Positions 19,078-28,218 of a stretch of 64,000 nucleotides of DNA are shown piece by piece. The DNA is taken from the NCBI GenBank assembly GCA_043745805.1, contig JAYTSD010000008.1, positions 128,001 through 192,000 on the forward strand, read 5' to 3'. The position numbers and the translations under genes were made by a program. The stretch comes from Fibrobacteria bacterium (GTDB taxonomy: Bacteria; Fibrobacterota; Fibrobacteria; UBA11236). Each line of letters opens with the position of its first letter. Within the stretch, counting starts at the first letter, position 1. The notes beneath the pieces were generated by a model. The model made no database searches, was not told the DNA's origin, and was given only the letters and a program-made list of their open reading frames with translations.

Positions 19078-20723
19078 TTTTGAATATTACTAAAAACATT
19101 TTTTTTACCGGATTCATGGCAACGGGCAAAAGCCGAATTGGATCTTTAGTCGCCGCTTCTTTGGGCTGGACCTTTCAAGATTTGGATCATGCCGTTGAGG
19201 AAAAATCGGGACTCTCCGTTGCCGAAATATTTGCGCGGCATGGGGAAGCGCATTTTCGCACCCTTGAAATCGAAGCCTTGAGAGAAATTAGTCAACGCGA
19301 AAAAATGGTAATTTCTTTGGGTGGTGGGACTTTACAAAGTCCAGCCGCAATTGAACTAGTAAAAAATAATGGGGTACTGATTGCTTTATGGGCTCCTCCC
19401 GAAGTCATTCTCGAAAGAGTAAATCGCAAACAAAGCTCGCGCCCATTATTGGCAAATTTGAATGATACTGAAAAGCTGGAAAAAATCAAGCGCCTACTAA
19501 ACGAGCGTAAAGCGCTTTATGATTTAGCCCAATTTCGTTTTGAGTCCTGTGAAAGCATTCCTCACCATGTATTAACACGCACCATTATTCATCGCTTACA
19601 AGTGGATGAATTGAACCCGTTGCAGGTTGCTTTAGAGGAGCGCAGTTATCCGATTTATGTGGAAAAACAAATTTCCAATCATGTGGACAGTATTTTTGAT
19701 AAATGGAATATTCAGGGTGAATATTTAATTGTTACTGACAATAATCTTCGCGATCATCAATTCGAAACCTTAGAGCATATACGCCAATGCCTTGGCGAGG
19801 ACTGCCGCATCTTTTATTTTAAATCCGGCGAAGAAGAAAAAAACCTCAAGTCGCTAAATAAATTATTTACCTACATGTTACGTCAAGGTTATTCACGTAA
19901 AACCACTTTAGTGGCGTTTAGTGGCGGTGTAGTTGGCGATATGACCGGATTCGCTGCCTCCATTTATTTACGCGGCATTCCCTTTGTACAAATCCCTACC
20001 ACTTTACTCTCCATGGTCGATAGTAGTGTTGGCGGCAAAACGGGGATTAATCATCCCCTCGGTAAAAATATGATTGGCTCTTTTTATCAACCCAAAGCAG
20101 TACTCATACAATTAGATGTATTAAGTACTTTGCCGGATAGTGAATTTTTGGCCGGCCTTGCCGAAGTTATTAAATATGCCGTTATTTGGGATCCCGAATT
20201 TTTTGAATACTTAGATAAAAATCGCCAAGCTATTTTAGCCCGCGATTTACAACAACTCAATTATGTGGTACGTCATTGCTGTTCCATTAAAGCCGAAGTG
20301 GTCCGTCGTGATGAACGGGAGTCTAGCTCCGGTGTGCGCGCCTTTTTAAATTATGGACATACCTTTGGTCATGCGCTCGAAGTGCTTGCCAATTTTAATT
20401 ACACGCATGGATTAGCTGTGGCTCTAGGCATGCGCGCTGCCGCACGTTTGGCGGTGGATATTGGTTTATTGTCCCCTGCCGATGAACAAAAGCAAAATGC
20501 TTTACTGGATGCCTATGGACTGCCACAAATTTTTCCTCGACCACTTGATTTAGCTAGAGCTTGGGAAGCCATGGGAATGGATAAAAAAGTAGAGGCTGGG
20601 GAGCGCGTGTATATTCTGCCCACGCGAATCGGTGAAGTAAAATCGGTACGACAAATCAATCGCGAAGCCGTACTACAAGCGATGTCCATTGTCAAAGCGC
20701 CTGCGACGGAAAAAATCGCATGA
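19074..20723 (+). CDS. aroB: Bifunctional shikimate kinase / 3-dehydroquinate synthase (AroK-AroB)
   Basis: N-terminal GFMATGKS and LGGG; C-terminal GGVVGD, PTTLL..VDSSVGGKTG and LNYGHTFGHALE. Confidence 0.95.
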   Translation: MILNITKNIFFTGFMATGKSRIGSLVAASLGWTFQDLDHAVEEKSGLSVAEIFARHGEAHFRTLEIEALREISQREKMVISLGGGTLQSPAAIELVKNNGVLIALWAPPEVILERVNRKQSSRPLLANLNDTEKLEKIKRLLNERKALYDLAQFRFESCESIPHHVLTRTIIHRLQVDELNPLQVALEERSYPIYVEKQISNHVDSIFDKWNIQGEYLIVTDNNLRDHQFETLEHIRQCLGEDCRIFYFKSGEEEKNLKSLNKLFTYMLRQGYSRKTTLVAFSGGVVGDMTGFAASIYLRGIPFVQIPTTLLSMVDSSVGGKTGINHPLGKNMIGSFYQPKAVLIQLDVLSTLPDSEFLAGLAEVIKYAVIWDPEFFEYLDKNRQAILARDLQQLNYVVRHCCSIKAEVVRRDERESSSGVRAFLNYGHTFGHALEVLANFNYTHGLAVALGMRAAARLAVDIGLLSPADEQKQNALLDAYGLPQIFPRPLDLARAWEAMGMDKKVEAGERVYILPTRIGEVKSVRQINREAVLQAMSIVKAPATEKIA

Positions 20724-21697
20724 GCGTTTTGGTTACCGGCGCAAATTGTTGTCTAGGTTACCACTTACTGAATCTCTTAGCCGATCATCAAGGCCCACTA
20801 GTAGGGTTTTCCACCGAAGAACCAAAGCCTTACCACCGTCTCAAGCATGTGACGTACTATACCGGTGACATTCTCGATTTTAAATCTTTATCCCAAGTAC
20901 TTGCCGAATACCGACCTACCGAAATTTATCATATGGTCAGTCAAGGTTTTTCGGGTATTTCACAGAATAAACCCAACTCTACTTTACAAGTGAATATTTT
21001 AGGAACCCAAAATATCTTTGAAGCAGTACGTGTTACAGTACCAAAATCGCGAGTCATTTTCATTAGCTCCTCCGAAATTTATGGGGGAGGCAAAGGAATT
21101 GTCGACCTCATTCATCCCGAAACCGATCCTGCCACGCCCTTTACGCCCTATGCGACGAGTATGGCCTCTTGTGAACTCCTCGTTAAACAGTTCATTAATG
21201 CACATCATTTAGATATTATTGTGCTTCGCCCATTTAATCATACTGGACCGTTTCAAAGTCGCCGCTTTGTATTGCCTTCGGTAGCGAGTCAAATTGCAAA
21301 TATTGAACTGTACGATGGCGAAACAGTAATTTACACAGGTAACATAGATGTTTCCCGGGATTATTTGGATGTTCGTGATATGGCCAGAGCAGTAGTCCTG
21401 ATAGCAAAACGAGGTCAAACCGGCGAGGTCTATAATATTTGTTCCGGCAAAGCGCGTACCATTCGTGACTTAGTCCAACACCTTATTGATTTAAGTGGTT
21501 ATCCTATTGAAACAAGAATAGATCCCTCGCTCGAAAGAGCTATCGATATCCCCTTAATGGTTGGCTCACCAGAAAAACTCATGTTGCGCACGGGCTGGAA
21601 GCCAATGATATCTATCGAAGACAGCCTTTCGGATTTATACTCAGAAATTAAAATTCGTATTACTCACCCTTCAAACTTATTAGCGGAAAAATTTTAA
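20720..21697 (+). CDS. Extended SDR NDP-sugar epimerase/dehydratase/reductase-like protein (GMD/RMD-like), degenerate motifs
   Basis: SSSEIYG, RPFNHTGP, RDYLDVRD and GEVYNICSG motifs. The NAD motif reads TGANCCLG and YxxxK reads YATSM. Confidence 0.85.
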   Translation: MSVLVTGANCCLGYHLLNLLADHQGPLVGFSTEEPKPYHRLKHVTYYTGDILDFKSLSQVLAEYRPTEIYHMVSQGFSGISQNKPNSTLQVNILGTQNIFEAVRVTVPKSRVIFISSSEIYGGGKGIVDLIHPETDPATPFTPYATSMASCELLVKQFINAHHLDIIVLRPFNHTGPFQSRRFVLPSVASQIANIELYDGETVIYTGNIDVSRDYLDVRDMARAVVLIAKRGQTGEVYNICSGKARTIRDLVQHLIDLSGYPIETRIDPSLERAIDIPLMVGSPEKLMLRTGWKPMISIEDSLSDLYSEIKIRITHPSNLLAEKF

Positions 21698-22854
21698 TGT
21701 TTGCTGAATTATTATTTCATCATACCCATATTGCTTTATTTGGGAATCGATTATTTCGTGCCGGTACAGCCTCACTCTTTGCGGCAATGCTAGTCTTTTT
21801 GATTATGCCGTTTTATATTCGTTTTTTAAATCGCCTAGATGCGACAGCCGATTTCGATCAAACACCGGGCAAAAAAAAATCCCCTCCTATTATGGGTGGA
21901 ATGCTATTAGTCTTTTCCGTACTGCTCTCTGCATTATGCTTTGTACGGCTCAATGCGTATTCCGTATCATGCCTCATTATTATGATCGCCTATTCCATCA
22001 TTGGAGGGATTGATGATATTATCAAAGTACGAAATAAAAGATTGGTGGTTTTAGGAAAAATCTCCAAGGCGGATTATCAAGAAAAAGCGGATGGTATTTC
22101 GGCACGATTACGCTTATCCCTCTATATTCTTTTTTCCTTATTGGTAGCTGGTTTCGCTTATAAATTTATTCCGGGACTTACCGGTTACCTTTCCATTCCT
22201 TTTGTTAAACCTGGATTATGGTATCCCTATTTACCGAATTGGGCTTTTATCATATTGATTTGTTTGGTGACGACGTCCAGCGCGAATGGTGCGAATTTTA
22301 CCGATGGCTTAGATTCATTAGTTTCCGTTCCGCTCATTACCTCCGCTCTATTTGCAGGTTGTGTAGCGTATATATCGGGAAATGCTATCTTCGCCAAATA
22401 TTTACTGATTCCTTATTTACCCGGTGGTGATGAATTACTTCCCATTTGCACAGCCATCATTGGCGCCCTATTAGCTTATCTCTGGTATAACTCTCCTCCT
22501 GCGGAGATATACATGGGTGACGGCGGATCCATTGGTTTTGGGGGAACGATTGGCATTATGTTTGTGCTACTCAAAGTGGAATTATACCTTCCCATTATTG
22601 GCGTTATATTTTTGGCAGAAGCCGCATCGGTACTTTTACAAATTAGTGGATTCAAATTCACCAAACGTTTTGGCAAAGATAAAGTCGGTAAACGCATTTT
22701 TTTACGTGCGCCCTTGCATCATCATTTTCAAATGAAGTGGAAAGATAAATTCGACTCTTCGCAAGCTTTAAATTCAAAAATTATTTGGCGTTTTCATTTG
22801 GTTTCCATTTTGGCCTTTATTTTTGGAAGCCTGGTCTTTTTTAAAATGCGCTAA
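21697..22854 (+). CDS. mraY: Phospho-N-acetylmuramoyl-pentapeptide transferase (MraY family)
   Basis: PIMGG, GGIDD, NFTDGLD, PAEIYMGDGGS and APLHHHF motifs; multi-TM. Confidence 0.85.
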   Translation: MFAELLFHHTHIALFGNRLFRAGTASLFAAMLVFLIMPFYIRFLNRLDATADFDQTPGKKKSPPIMGGMLLVFSVLLSALCFVRLNAYSVSCLIIMIAYSIIGGIDDIIKVRNKRLVVLGKISKADYQEKADGISARLRLSLYILFSLLVAGFAYKFIPGLTGYLSIPFVKPGLWYPYLPNWAFIILICLVTTSSANGANFTDGLDSLVSVPLITSALFAGCVAYISGNAIFAKYLLIPYLPGGDELLPICTAIIGALLAYLWYNSPPAEIYMGDGGSIGFGGTIGIMFVLLKVELYLPIIGVIFLAEAASVLLQISGFKFTKRFGKDKVGKRIFLRAPLHHHFQMKWKDKFDSSQALNSKIIWRFHLVSILAFIFGSLVFFKMR

Positions 22855-22892
22855 ATTGTTCACGAAACATTCATTATTAAAGGCATTTATTC

Positions 22893-24266
22893 ATGGCAAA
22901 ATTATCTTATGAACAAGCATTCGAAATAGTTACCCAGCATAAGCAAGCTCAGTTGCTCGATTTTTATTCTGAGCTGAATACTGAAGAACAAGAATCGCTC
23001 TTAAACCAAATCGAAAATATTGATTTTTCCTTAATGGAAAAACTTTACCGTAACCTAGTAGTTAACCAAGCGCATACGCAAGCCTTGGGAACAGTCTCCC
23101 CTTTGCAAGCCCCTCGCTGGGAAGATTTTCCTTTAACCGAAAAAGCGGTATATGCCAATTCGGGTATGCGTGCTTTGCATCAGGGCAAGGTAGCCGCCTT
23201 TCTAGTAGCAGGAGGACAAGGTTCCCGCTTAGGGTTTGAAGGCCCCAAAGGGATGTTTAATATTGGCTTACCTTCCGGCAAGTCTCTTTTTCAATTGCAA
23301 GCTGAGCGCTTATTAAAACTTTCCCAGCATTGTGGAAAAAGCATTCCTTGGTACATCATGACTAGCTTAGAAAATGATAGCGATACGCAAAATTTTTTCC
23401 GCGCCCATAATAATTTTGGCTATCCCGCAAAAGATTTGTTTTTCTTTTCTCAAGGACAATTGCCTTTAATCAATGAACAGGGCAAAATATTACTCGATAG
23501 TAAAAGCAAAATATCCCAAGGCGCCAATGGAAATGGCGGATGCTTTTTAGCCTTAGCGCAATCAGGCGCTTTAGCCGATATGAAAAAACGGGGGATTGAA
23601 AATATTTTCTTTTATAGCGTAGACAATGCTTTGGTTAAAATGTGTGATGCTAATTTTTTAGGCTATTTTATACACTCCGCATTACCCACTGGCAGCAAGG
23701 CTGTAGCCAAAGCCTATGCGGAAGAAAAAGTAGGCGTACTCTGTTTGCGCGAAGGGCGACCTGCCGTTTTGGAATATTCCGATATGCCGGAAGAAATGAT
23801 TCAGAGGCGTTTACCCAATGGCGAATTGGCATTTAATGCCGGTAACATTGCGGTTCACTTATTTACCCGCGCCTTTTTGGAAGAAAATTCCGAAGGCGAA
23901 CTTCCCTATCATGTCGCTCATAAAAAAATTGCTTTTGTGGATGCGTCAGGAATAAAACAAATTCCTTCGCAACCCAATGCCTTTAAATTCGAATTATTTA
24001 TGTTTGATCTTTTCCCTAAAGCCAAAGGCATGGCAGCCTTGGAAGTGATTCGTGATGAAGAATTTGCTCCGGTAAAAAATAAAGAGGGAAAAGACAGCCC
24101 TGAAACCGCAAGAAATTTAATTTTAGATTTGCATAAAAAATGGGCTCTAGCCAATGGCATTTCCGAAAACGAATTACAGGGAAAGATTTTGGAAATCTCG
24201 CCTTTACAATCCTTTGGAGGCGAAAAATTAAATCCATCTTTACTGCGCGGGCAAATCCAAGGTTAA
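22893..24266 (+). CDS. UDP-N-acetylhexosamine pyrophosphorylase (UAP1/UDPGP family)
   Basis: LVAGGQGSRLGFEGPKG, GNGG, VDN, EYS, KFELFMFD and EFAPVKN motifs. Confidence 0.9.
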   Translation: MAKLSYEQAFEIVTQHKQAQLLDFYSELNTEEQESLLNQIENIDFSLMEKLYRNLVVNQAHTQALGTVSPLQAPRWEDFPLTEKAVYANSGMRALHQGKVAAFLVAGGQGSRLGFEGPKGMFNIGLPSGKSLFQLQAERLLKLSQHCGKSIPWYIMTSLENDSDTQNFFRAHNNFGYPAKDLFFFSQGQLPLINEQGKILLDSKSKISQGANGNGGCFLALAQSGALADMKKRGIENIFFYSVDNALVKMCDANFLGYFIHSALPTGSKAVAKAYAEEKVGVLCLREGRPAVLEYSDMPEEMIQRRLPNGELAFNAGNIAVHLFTRAFLEENSEGELPYHVAHKKIAFVDASGIKQIPSQPNAFKFELFMFDLFPKAKGMAALEVIRDEEFAPVKNKEGKDSPETARNLILDLHKKWALANGISENELQGKILEISPLQSFGGEKLNPSLLRGQIQG

Positions 24267-24283
24267 TTTCCTATTTTACCCAC

Positions 24284-25207
24284 ATGAAAAAGAAATCATC
24301 ATCCTTTATTTTAGCACTAGTAATTCTACTAGGCAGTTTTTTTGGCCGTGCACAAGCTGCGGAAGTCACTCCAACTTTTGATTCTACACGATCCTTTCAA
24401 TATTTAAAACAGCAATGTTCTTTGGGACCCCGTAACCCAGGAAGTACGGGACATCTCGAAGCAATAGCCTATTTTAAAAACTTTTTTAAACAGAATCATA
24501 TTCCCTATAGCACGCAAGAATTTATTCATGCCGATGCTATGACAGGCCAAAGAATTCCGCTCACTAATTTCATTATCACGTTCAAAGGCAAAGACACCAA
24601 GCAAAAACCACTTTTATTTTGTGCCCATTGGGATAGCCGTCCTCGCGCCGATCAGGAACCAAATACTAGTTTGCATAATACTGCTATTTTAGGCGCTAAT
24701 GATGGTGCTTCAGGTATTGCCGTACTCATGGAATTAGCTAGCCTGTTAAGTCAAAAACCACCGAAGCAAACTATTCATTTGGCTTTTTTTGATGGAGAAG
24801 ATTATGGCCGCGAAGGTAGTCTAGATGAATATTTTTTAGGAGCAAAATATTTTGCAGATAACTTTCCAGTTAAAACTTTAAACTTTGCCATCTTACTCGA
24901 TATGATTGGAGATAGTGATTTACAACTTCCCTATGAAGGTACTTCACTTTCACACTTTCCCGATTTAACGCAAAAAATTTGGGCCTATGCGCAAAAATTA
25001 GGGCTAAAGGAATTTACCGCCACTCGAGGAGTTGGTTTGAGTGATGACCATGTACCCTTAATTCAAAAAGGTGTTAAAGCCATAGATATTATTGATTTCA
25101 CCTATCCGTATTGGCATACCCTGCAAGATACTCCCGAACATTGCTCCGCCCATAGCCTAGGTGTTACGGGGCGATTATTAACCGCTCTTGCCTATCACGG
25201 CCTTTAA
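24284..25207 (+). CDS. M28-family peptidase / glutaminyl cyclase-like, secreted
   Basis: Signal peptide; AHWDSR, GANDGASG, FDGEDYG, LLDMIG, DDH and WHT motifs. Confidence 0.85.
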   Translation: MKKKSSSFILALVILLGSFFGRAQAAEVTPTFDSTRSFQYLKQQCSLGPRNPGSTGHLEAIAYFKNFFKQNHIPYSTQEFIHADAMTGQRIPLTNFIITFKGKDTKQKPLLFCAHWDSRPRADQEPNTSLHNTAILGANDGASGIAVLMELASLLSQKPPKQTIHLAFFDGEDYGREGSLDEYFLGAKYFADNFPVKTLNFAILLDMIGDSDLQLPYEGTSLSHFPDLTQKIWAYAQKLGLKEFTATRGVGLSDDHVPLIQKGVKAIDIIDFTYPYWHTLQDTPEHCSAHSLGVTGRLLTALAYHGL

Positions 25208-26057
25208 ACAAAAAGCTTTGCATCAATATTCCGGTCACCTAGTCGTGGCTTGGATTCGATTTTTACAAAAATGTCCCATACGCTTAACTTCATTCATTTT
25301 GAGTTTACTCCTTCCTTGCTATTTCTTGTTACGGTCTTCTCACATAAAAAAAGTAAGTTTACAATTAAAAAAGTGTTTTCCAGCATTAACGATACGTTCC
25401 TATTATCATCGCCGACTTTATTTGTATTTAATGAATATTCAGCTGCATGGACGGCCTTTAAACAAAAGTAAAATTCAATTTTTGCAAAAAGAAAATTATG
25501 ATCAAGCCTTAACTCAAAATAGGCCCATTATACTTTTAGGCTTGCATGCGGGACTCTTTGAGTTTTTGCATAAGGCTCCTGCAAAGCCGTTAAACAAAGA
25601 TTTTTACATACTCACCGCTAAGGCCTTTGCCGATCCCTTATCCACTTATATGCGTAATGGTCGAGAAATAGAAGGAAAAAAAATCCTTTGGAATACGGGC
25701 GAAACATGGAGGTTACGTAAAGTTTTAAGAACAAATTCCATTCTCGCCTTAATGATCGATCAATTCCCCAGCCAATCCAACGAAAATTTAAAGCTCTGGA
25801 ATTGCTTAAGCCTACCTTGTAGTACGCATTTATTACAACTTTGCTTGCAATATAAAGCCCTACTCATTCCCATTTCTACCTATTTAGATCCACAAAATCA
25901 GCCTATACTAAAATTCCATTCTGCATTTTCCCTTGCCGATGCCAGTTCTGAATCTTTAATAAAATTTATGCAAGCGTTTTTAGAAGAGGCCATTGCCAAG
26001 GCGCCCTTGGATTGGAATTGGTCTTATCCTAAACTGAAAATTTATTCTGGAGCATAA
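25188..26057 (+). CDS. Lysophospholipid / lipid A acyltransferase family (LpxL-like), divergent
   Basis: HAGLFE (HxGxWE-like), MIDQ and P.DW.W motifs. Confidence 0.6.
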   Translation: MPITAFKQKALHQYSGHLVVAWIRFLQKCPIRLTSFILSLLLPCYFLLRSSHIKKVSLQLKKCFPALTIRSYYHRRLYLYLMNIQLHGRPLNKSKIQFLQKENYDQALTQNRPIILLGLHAGLFEFLHKAPAKPLNKDFYILTAKAFADPLSTYMRNGREIEGKKILWNTGETWRLRKVLRTNSILALMIDQFPSQSNENLKLWNCLSLPCSTHLLQLCLQYKALLIPISTYLDPQNQPILKFHSAFSLADASSESLIKFMQAFLEEAIAKAPLDWNWSYPKLKIYSGA

Positions 26058-27259
26058 TCCATAAATTTTTGTTCCCACACTAAGGGGAAACTTATTTCCG
26101 AAAAATGAATCACTAAAATTTTATTTTGTTCAGGAAAACCCAAATTAATTTTTTTAATTAATGGCTCTGGTCGTAAACCTTCAAAATGAAACCAAAGTTG
26201 TGCGCGTAAGTTTTTCGCTTCCTTTACTTTGCCATTTTGCGCATACACATAATAAAGCAGTTGCGCCATTTTCCGTCGCAAAGGATCTTTCGGCAAACCT
26301 TCTTCCAAAATTTTTTGAGCTTTTCTTAAATCCATAAACACACCATAATCACAAAGCACTTGAGCATATAACTCATACACAAATGGATCGGAAATACCCG
26401 CCTCAAAAGCCGCTATGATACATTTTTCAGCAAAGGCATAATAACCCACATGATAATAAACCTCGGCCAAGTCTAGCCAAGCCGGACCATTCTTAGGCAC
26501 ACCCTCTAATCCCCGATTAAAATATTTAATCGCATCGTCATATTGTTTATGACTTTTTAAAAATCGTCCATAAGCAATTTGAATTTCAAAAAGCGAATCT
26601 TGCCAAGAAGATTGTTGCAAAAGATAATTGCCTAATTCTTCTTCTGATAAAATCGATTTTAGCAAATAACCTTTTGCCTGCACGGCCCATTTATTTTTCG
26701 GCGCATATTGTAAAGCCTTTTCCATTAAGGCATTGGCTTGTTGTGTTCGGCCATGGCTCATATAAATAGAAAACAAATTTCTCCATGCCCCTTCGGATAC
26801 GGGAGAAGTTTGATTCAAAGTTTTAACCCAATCCGCTTCGGCTTCTTTTTCAAATCCCATTAAATACAATAAAGTTCGGACATCATGATCAAAACAAGCG
26901 CGTAACATTTTTGATAATTTCATTTTTTTTAAATTTGCCAAGCGCTCCTTCGATTTCATAAACCGACCTTGCACCAAAGCATTTAAACCCAACAAAAATT
27001 CCTTTTGCACTGCATTGATTTTATGGCTTCGCATGGGCATAGCCAATAAATTTTTTTGGGCTTTACTTGAATCTAAAGCCAAAAAATACTCCACCGCAAT
27101 ATCTCCAAGCGAATCGGGAGTCGCTAAATACAAGGGCATCGAATGCAAATCTCCTGCCACATTGGCAGTACTGTTTAGCTTTATATAGACAATAGATTCC
27201 CCCGAGCAAAAGCTCGTCAAAATCCAAACCCATATCCAAATCCAAAGCCAACTCTTCAT
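26042..27259 (-). CDS. Tetratricopeptide-repeat protein, exported
   Basis: TPR-like helices (YDDAIKYFNRGL, AWLDLAEVYY). Start reassigned to MKSWLW at ATG 27259. Confidence 0.7.
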   Translation of the reverse strand: MKSWLWIWIWVWILTSFCSGESIVYIKLNSTANVAGDLHSMPLYLATPDSLGDIAVEYFLALDSSKAQKNLLAMPMRSHKINAVQKEFLLGLNALVQGRFMKSKERLANLKKMKLSKMLRACFDHDVRTLLYLMGFEKEAEADWVKTLNQTSPVSEGAWRNLFSIYMSHGRTQQANALMEKALQYAPKNKWAVQAKGYLLKSILSEEELGNYLLQQSSWQDSLFEIQIAYGRFLKSHKQYDDAIKYFNRGLEGVPKNGPAWLDLAEVYYHVGYYAFAEKCIIAAFEAGISDPFVYELYAQVLCDYGVFMDLRKAQKILEEGLPKDPLRRKMAQLLYYVYAQNGKVKEAKNLRAQLWFHFEGLRPEPLIKKINLGFPEQNKILVIHFSEISFPLVWEQKFMDYAPE

Positions 27260-27299
27260 TCCTACAACATAATATTTTACTACTTTGAAGGGCACAATT

Positions 27300-27872
27300 A
27301 TGATACTCACAGGCCCAGAAATACTCAAAGAAATTGAATCCGGACAAATTGCGATTAGCCCTTATACCAGCACGCATTTAGGTCCCAACTCTTATGATGT
27401 CACCTTAAATGCCAAACTCTTAACTTACGATTTAGCCCCAGGCCAAGCGCTAGACATGAAAAAAAACAATCCCACTCGTGAATTATTTATTCCCGACGAA
27501 GGCATGATTTTGGAGCCAGGCAAATTGTATATCGGTTGCACCAATGAAACCGCTACCAGCCGCCGCTATGTCCCCATGTTCGAAGGGCGCAGCTCTATAG
27601 GGCGCTTAGGCATTAACACGCATATTACCGCAGGCTTTGGCGATGTGGGCTGGGGTTATGTGGCGAATGCGCAGGGTGAATTAATTTGTTTAAATCCAAC
27701 TTGGACTTTAGAAATTGAAGTGGTGCATCCGATTCTCGTTTATCCCAATGTGCGTATAGGCCAAGTGTATTTTATGGCACCGCAAGGTGAATTACGTTTT
27801 TATAAGGGCAAATACAGCCAACAAAAAGAACCGCAAGCCAGTCAGTTGTATAAGGATTTTGAAGCGCCTTAA
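27300..27872 (+). CDS. dcd: dCTP deaminase
   Basis: MILTG..I, PNSYDV, GRSSIGRLG, AGFGDVG, TLEI and YKGKY motifs. Confidence 0.9.
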   Translation: MILTGPEILKEIESGQIAISPYTSTHLGPNSYDVTLNAKLLTYDLAPGQALDMKKNNPTRELFIPDEGMILEPGKLYIGCTNETATSRRYVPMFEGRSSIGRLGINTHITAGFGDVGWGYVANAQGELICLNPTWTLEIEVVHPILVYPNVRIGQVYFMAPQGELRFYKGKYSQQKEPQASQLYKDFEAP

Positions 27873-27883
27873 AGGTATTTAAA

Positions 27884-27994
27884 GGGGACGTAACGCATTA
27901 GTTACTCCCCCTAGCCTCGGCTTCACAAAATTGTTCGGATATTGAATATGTCGGAATGCCCGAACAATTTCGCGTGATCCTCATCTACCCCCTC
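27884..27994. repeat. Structured intergenic element (two hairpins); REP/MITE-like repeat or ncRNA
   Basis: Hairpin GGGGA-c-GTAAC/GTTAC-TCCCC (27884-27910). Perfect 11-bp stem AAATTGTTCGG/CCGAACAATTT (27928-27970), extended by TCAC/GTGA. Confidence 0.5.
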
Positions 27995-28162
27995 GGAGAC
28001 AAATAAAAAAGTTTAGCTCAAGAAATTTGCATATATACATTTGTATGCGAGTCTTTACGTAATTGGAAAGAAGCGAAACGCTTAGTGACATCATAACCGC
28101 ACACACCGTCCACCACATAAAGATGTTGGGATTGTTTGGATCTATGGCCATCCCTTTTAAAC

Positions 28163-28194
28163 AAAAAAAATCCCCCGCTTTGCAGCGAGGGATT
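28163..28194 (-). terminator. Rho-independent terminator of glutamine synthetase
   Basis: Minus strand AATCCCTCGCT-GCAA-AGCGGGGGATTTTTTTT, 25 nt after the stop. Confidence 0.8.
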
Positions 28195-28218
28195 CAGTAT
28201 TAATATTTTAACTATTAC

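Noticed and set aside
19074-20723. AroK-AroB fusion as a novelty
   Set aside because: This fusion is well known in several phyla.
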